Source: Bacillus subtilis subsp. subtilis str. 168
GTDB taxonomy: Bacteria > Bacillota > Bacilli > Bacillales > Bacillaceae
Direction: 5' to 3'
NCBI RefSeq assembly: GCF_000009045.1
Contig: NC_000964.3
Location: 1,426,001-1,490,000 of the forward strand
Length of the DNA stretch: 64,000 nt
The translations under genes were made by a program, and so were the position numbers. Under the pieces are notes generated by a model that ran no database searches, was not told the origin of the DNA, and was given only the letters and a program-made list of their open reading frames with translations. Within the stretch, counting starts at the first letter, position 1. Every line of letters starts with the position of its first letter. Positions 61,038 through 64,000 of this stretch are shown in pieces.

Positions 61038-61514
61038 ATGGCTAAAGCCTTGATTACATATGCCAGCATGTCAGGAAATACAGAAGACATTGCCTTCATA
61101 ATAAAAGATACGCTTCAGGAATATGAGTTGGATATCGATTGTGTCGAGATAAATGATATGGATGCGTCTTGTTTAACCTCCTATGATTATGTACTGATTG
61201 GCACCTATACATGGGGGGACGGCGATTTGCCCTACGAAGCGGAGGATTTTTTCGAAGAGGTCAAACAGATTCAGCTTAATGGTTTAAAAACAGCCTGCTT
61301 CGGGTCTGGCGATTATTCTTATCCAAAGTTTTGCGAAGCGGTGAATTTGTTCAATGTCATGCTGCAAGAGGCGGGAGCTGCTGTTTACCAGGAAACACTA
61401 AAAATTGAATTAGCGCCTGAAACAGATGAAGATGTGGAAAGCTGCCGAGCGTTTGCGAGAGGTTTTCTTGCATGGGCAGATTATATGAACAAGGAAAAAA
61501 TCCATGTTTCATAA
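61038..61514 (+). CDS. ykuN: flavodoxin
   Basis: YASMSGNTE, TYTWGDGDLP, FGSGD. Confidence 0.94.
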   Translation: MAKALITYASMSGNTEDIAFIIKDTLQEYELDIDCVEINDMDASCLTSYDYVLIGTYTWGDGDLPYEAEDFFEEVKQIQLNGLKTACFGSGDYSYPKFCEAVNLFNVMLQEAGAAVYQETLKIELAPETDEDVESCRAFARGFLAWADYMNKEKIHVS

Positions 61515-62397
61515 AGGGGCAACCGCTGTTACGGCATCGGCGTTTTCTGGATATTTTGTGGCGGTACAAAGAGAAGGCATTTTTCATTACTCTTTGGAGC
61601 AGGGCTGGAGAAAGCTTTTTCGTTTGAAAAGTAAGATACACTGTATCAGCTACATAGGGCCTTACTTATTTGGCGTTGGTGAAAAGGGAACAGTCATTCG
61701 TTCGGCTGATGAAGGGAAAACCTGGACGATGTCGAGCTTTCCGACAAATGCAACAGTGTGGGCGATTACCGGCAGAAACAACGGGTTTGTCTGCGCCCAC
61801 GGTAAGCATTGTATTTATGTATCGGATGATTTTGGTGTCTCATGGCGCGTAGCCAAACCTTTTGCCGAATTTCATAATCCCCCTGTTATCCGGTCGTTAT
61901 GCCTTCACGGGGGCAATCTCTTTATCGGCACGCAAATACACGAATATTTTGGCGGCATTTGGGCTTACGACATTAAGCGTGACACTGTCCAAGTTGTCAA
62001 AAAAGAAAAAAACCGGATGACGGCATCCATGCTCGTGTTCAATGAAAATTGGCTGGTGGCGGCGATGGGTTCTGTGAAAGGAAAGCACGGTGCTGTCACT
62101 GTAAGGAATCTTTTGAATGGTGAAGAATTCACCATACAATCCAGTATGATCAGAAATGAAGAATCATTTCTTGATCTTTCAGAGGATGATGGCATTATAT
62201 ATGTCACTACAACACAAGATGAAAATGGTTTTTCGAGAATTTACCAGGTTGATCTCGAAGCCCGGTCGTTAAAATGGTTCGATACCATTAAGGGACATGG
62301 ATGGAGAGTGGCCAATCAGAAAGAGAATTTCTTTTGCGCAGGCTTGTATGAATGTAAATTTGTCCAGCCGTACGAAGTTTCAGCAATGATTCATTAG
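61504..62397 (+). CDS. ykuO: Asp-box/BNR-repeat beta-propeller-like protein, unknown function
   Basis: RSADEGKTW and VSDDFGVSW Asp-boxes. Confidence 0.75.
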   Translation: MFHKGATAVTASAFSGYFVAVQREGIFHYSLEQGWRKLFRLKSKIHCISYIGPYLFGVGEKGTVIRSADEGKTWTMSSFPTNATVWAITGRNNGFVCAHGKHCIYVSDDFGVSWRVAKPFAEFHNPPVIRSLCLHGGNLFIGTQIHEYFGGIWAYDIKRDTVQVVKKEKNRMTASMLVFNENWLVAAMGSVKGKHGAVTVRNLLNGEEFTIQSSMIRNEESFLDLSEDDGIIYVTTTQDENGFSRIYQVDLEARSLKWFDTIKGHGWRVANQKENFFCAGLYECKFVQPYEVSAMIH

Positions 62398-62412
62398 AGG
62401 AGGAACAAGGAA

Positions 62413-62868
62413 TTGGCGAAGATTTTGCTCGTTTATGCAACAATGTCAGGCAACACTGAAGCTATGGCAGATTTGATTGAAAAGGGGCTTCAGGAGGCGT
62501 TAGCAGAAGTAGACCGTTTCGAAGCAATGGATATTGATGATGCCCAGCTGTTTACCGATTATGACCATGTCATAATGGGAACCTACACGTGGGGAGACGG
62601 AGATCTGCCTGATGAATTTTTAGATCTTGTTGAAGACATGGAGGAGATTGATTTTTCCGGCAAAACATGCGCTGTATTCGGTTCCGGTGATACAGCATAT
62701 GAATTTTTCTGCGGAGCGGTTGATACGCTAGAGGCAAAAATAAAAGAACGCGGTGGAGACATTGTGCTGCCTTCGGTAAAAATCGAAAATAATCCAGAAG
62801 GTGAAGAAGAGGAAGAATTAATAAACTTCGGGAGACAATTCGCAAAGAAAAGCGGGTGCGCTGTCTGA
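62413..62868 (+). CDS. ykuP: flavodoxin
   Basis: YATMSGNTE, TYTWGDGDLP, FGSGD. Confidence 0.94.
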   Translation: MAKILLVYATMSGNTEAMADLIEKGLQEALAEVDRFEAMDIDDAQLFTDYDHVIMGTYTWGDGDLPDEFLDLVEDMEEIDFSGKTCAVFGSGDTAYEFFCGAVDTLEAKIKERGGDIVLPSVKIENNPEGEEEEELINFGRQFAKKSGCAV

Positions 62869-62972
62869 TCACTCACTGGGAACTGCTAAAACGGCTGTTC
62901 CTTTTTTTCTTGTCTTTGTATCTTTCCTTTGATACAGTAATGAGGTAGAAAATCAGGAGGAGGACTATACAT

Positions 62973-63683
62973 ATGAAAATGATGGACGCAAATGAAATTA
63001 TTTCATTTATTCAAAATAGTACAAAATCTACACCTGTAAAGGTTTACGTGAAAGGTGAGCTGGAAGGAATCAATTTCGGTGAATCTGCGAAAGCTTTTAT
63101 CAATGGAAACACTGGTGTCGTTTTCGGTGAATGGAGCGAAATCCAAACAGCAATCGAAGAAAACCAAAGCAAAATCGAAGACTATGTGGTTGAAAATGAC
63201 CGCCGCAATTCTGCGATCCCAATGCTTGATCTTAAAAACATCAAAGCGCGTATCGAGCCGGGTGCGATCATCCGCGACCAAGTTGAAATCGGTGATAACG
63301 CAGTCATCATGATGGGTGCTTCTATTAATATCGGTTCAGTCATCGGCGAAGGCACAATGATTGATATGAACGTTGTGCTTGGCGGACGAGCTACTGTTGG
63401 AAAAAACTGCCATATCGGCGCGGGTTCTGTACTTGCGGGCGTTATTGAGCCGCCATCCGCTAAACCGGTTGTGATTGAAGACGACGTCGTAATCGGCGCA
63501 AATGCTGTTGTGCTTGAAGGTGTAACAGTAGGTAAAGGAGCTGTTGTTGCTGCGGGAGCGATCGTGGTAAACGACGTTGAGCCATACACTGTCGTTGCAG
63601 GCACACCAGCTAAAAAAATCAAAGACATTGATGAAAAAACAAAAGGCAAAACTGAAATCAAGCAGGAATTACGCCAGCTGTAA
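62973..63683 (+). CDS. dapH: tetrahydrodipicolinate N-acetyltransferase
   Basis: [10 protein letters not shown]; hexapeptide repeats; GVIEPPSA. Confidence 0.94.
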   Translation: MKMMDANEIISFIQNSTKSTPVKVYVKGELEGINFGESAKAFINGNTGVVFGEWSEIQTAIEENQSKIEDYVVENDRRNSAIPMLDLKNIKARIEPGAIIRDQVEIGDNAVIMMGASINIGSVIGEGTMIDMNVVLGGRATVGKNCHIGAGSVLAGVIEPPSAKPVVIEDDVVIGANAVVLEGVTVGKGAVVAAGAIVVNDVEPYTVVAGTPAKKIKDIDEKTKGKTEIKQELRQL

Positions 63684-63752
63684 GGAAAAGTTTGATAAAA
63701 AAGGCGTGGATAATATATCCACGCCTTATTCGTATAGGCAGGAGGAATAGAA

Positions 63753-64000
63753 ATGAAGATAGAGGAGCTCATCGCAATTCGCAGAGATCTGCATCGTATA
63801 CCGGAGCTTGGATTTCAGGAGTTCAAAACCCAGCAGTATTTATTAAATGTCTTGGAACAATATCCGCAAGACAGAATTGAAATTGAGAAATGGCGAACAG
63901 GGCTTTTTGTAAAAGTGAACGGGACGGCGCCGGAAAAAATGCTGGCATACAGAGCGGATATCGATGCGCTTTCTATAGAAGAGCAAACTGGTCTTCCATT
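63753..64000 (+). CDS. dapL: N-acetyl-diaminopimelate deacetylase (M20 family; 3' end outside window)
   Basis: [14 protein letters not shown] and YRADIDAL motifs; RBS GGAGG. Confidence 0.88.
   Translation, partial: MKIEELIAIRRDLHRIPELGFQEFKTQQYLLNVLEQYPQDRIEIEKWRTGLFVKVNGTAPEKMLAYRADIDALSIEEQTGLP

Noticed and set aside
63182-63772. 196-aa minus-strand ORF
   Set aside because: Antisense shadow of the repetitive dapH codons; the same applies to the other antisense ORFs inside core genes.

Overview
This window is Bacillus subtilis chromosomal DNA. The gene order mtnE to dapL matches my recollection of strain 168 at about 1.43-1.49 Mb; I did not verify this by search. It is mostly well-known core genome: methionine salvage (mtnE, SAM riboswitch, mtnWXBD), spo0E/kinD/kinA, motAB, clpE, preQ1 riboswitch with queCDEF, pfeT, glcT-ptsGHI, splAB, mcpC, pbpH, cheV, fadH, FsrA, darB/ccpC, flavodoxins and dapH/dapL. 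Two AT-rich accessory segments stand out. (1) About 15.8-21.2 kb, directly after queF, looks like a decayed integrative element. It has a TGTGAC repeat array, a truncated gene relic, a ykvN/ykvO redox pair, a glycosyltransferase-LysM / LysM / split-GH18 spore module, a degenerate tyrosine-integrase C-terminus and an orphan sRNA-like unit. (2) About 52.9-56.1 kb holds a frameshifted peptidoglycan-binding + glycoside-hydrolase-like gene (ykuG/ykzU) followed by a separately promoted membrane protein (ykuH), resembling an effector/immunity pair. Several sub-70-aa ORFs with ribosome-binding sites and terminators lie in intergenic gaps. No rRNA, tRNA, CRISPR array or intact mobile element was seen. 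Gene names come from recognising the translated sequences, not from database searches.
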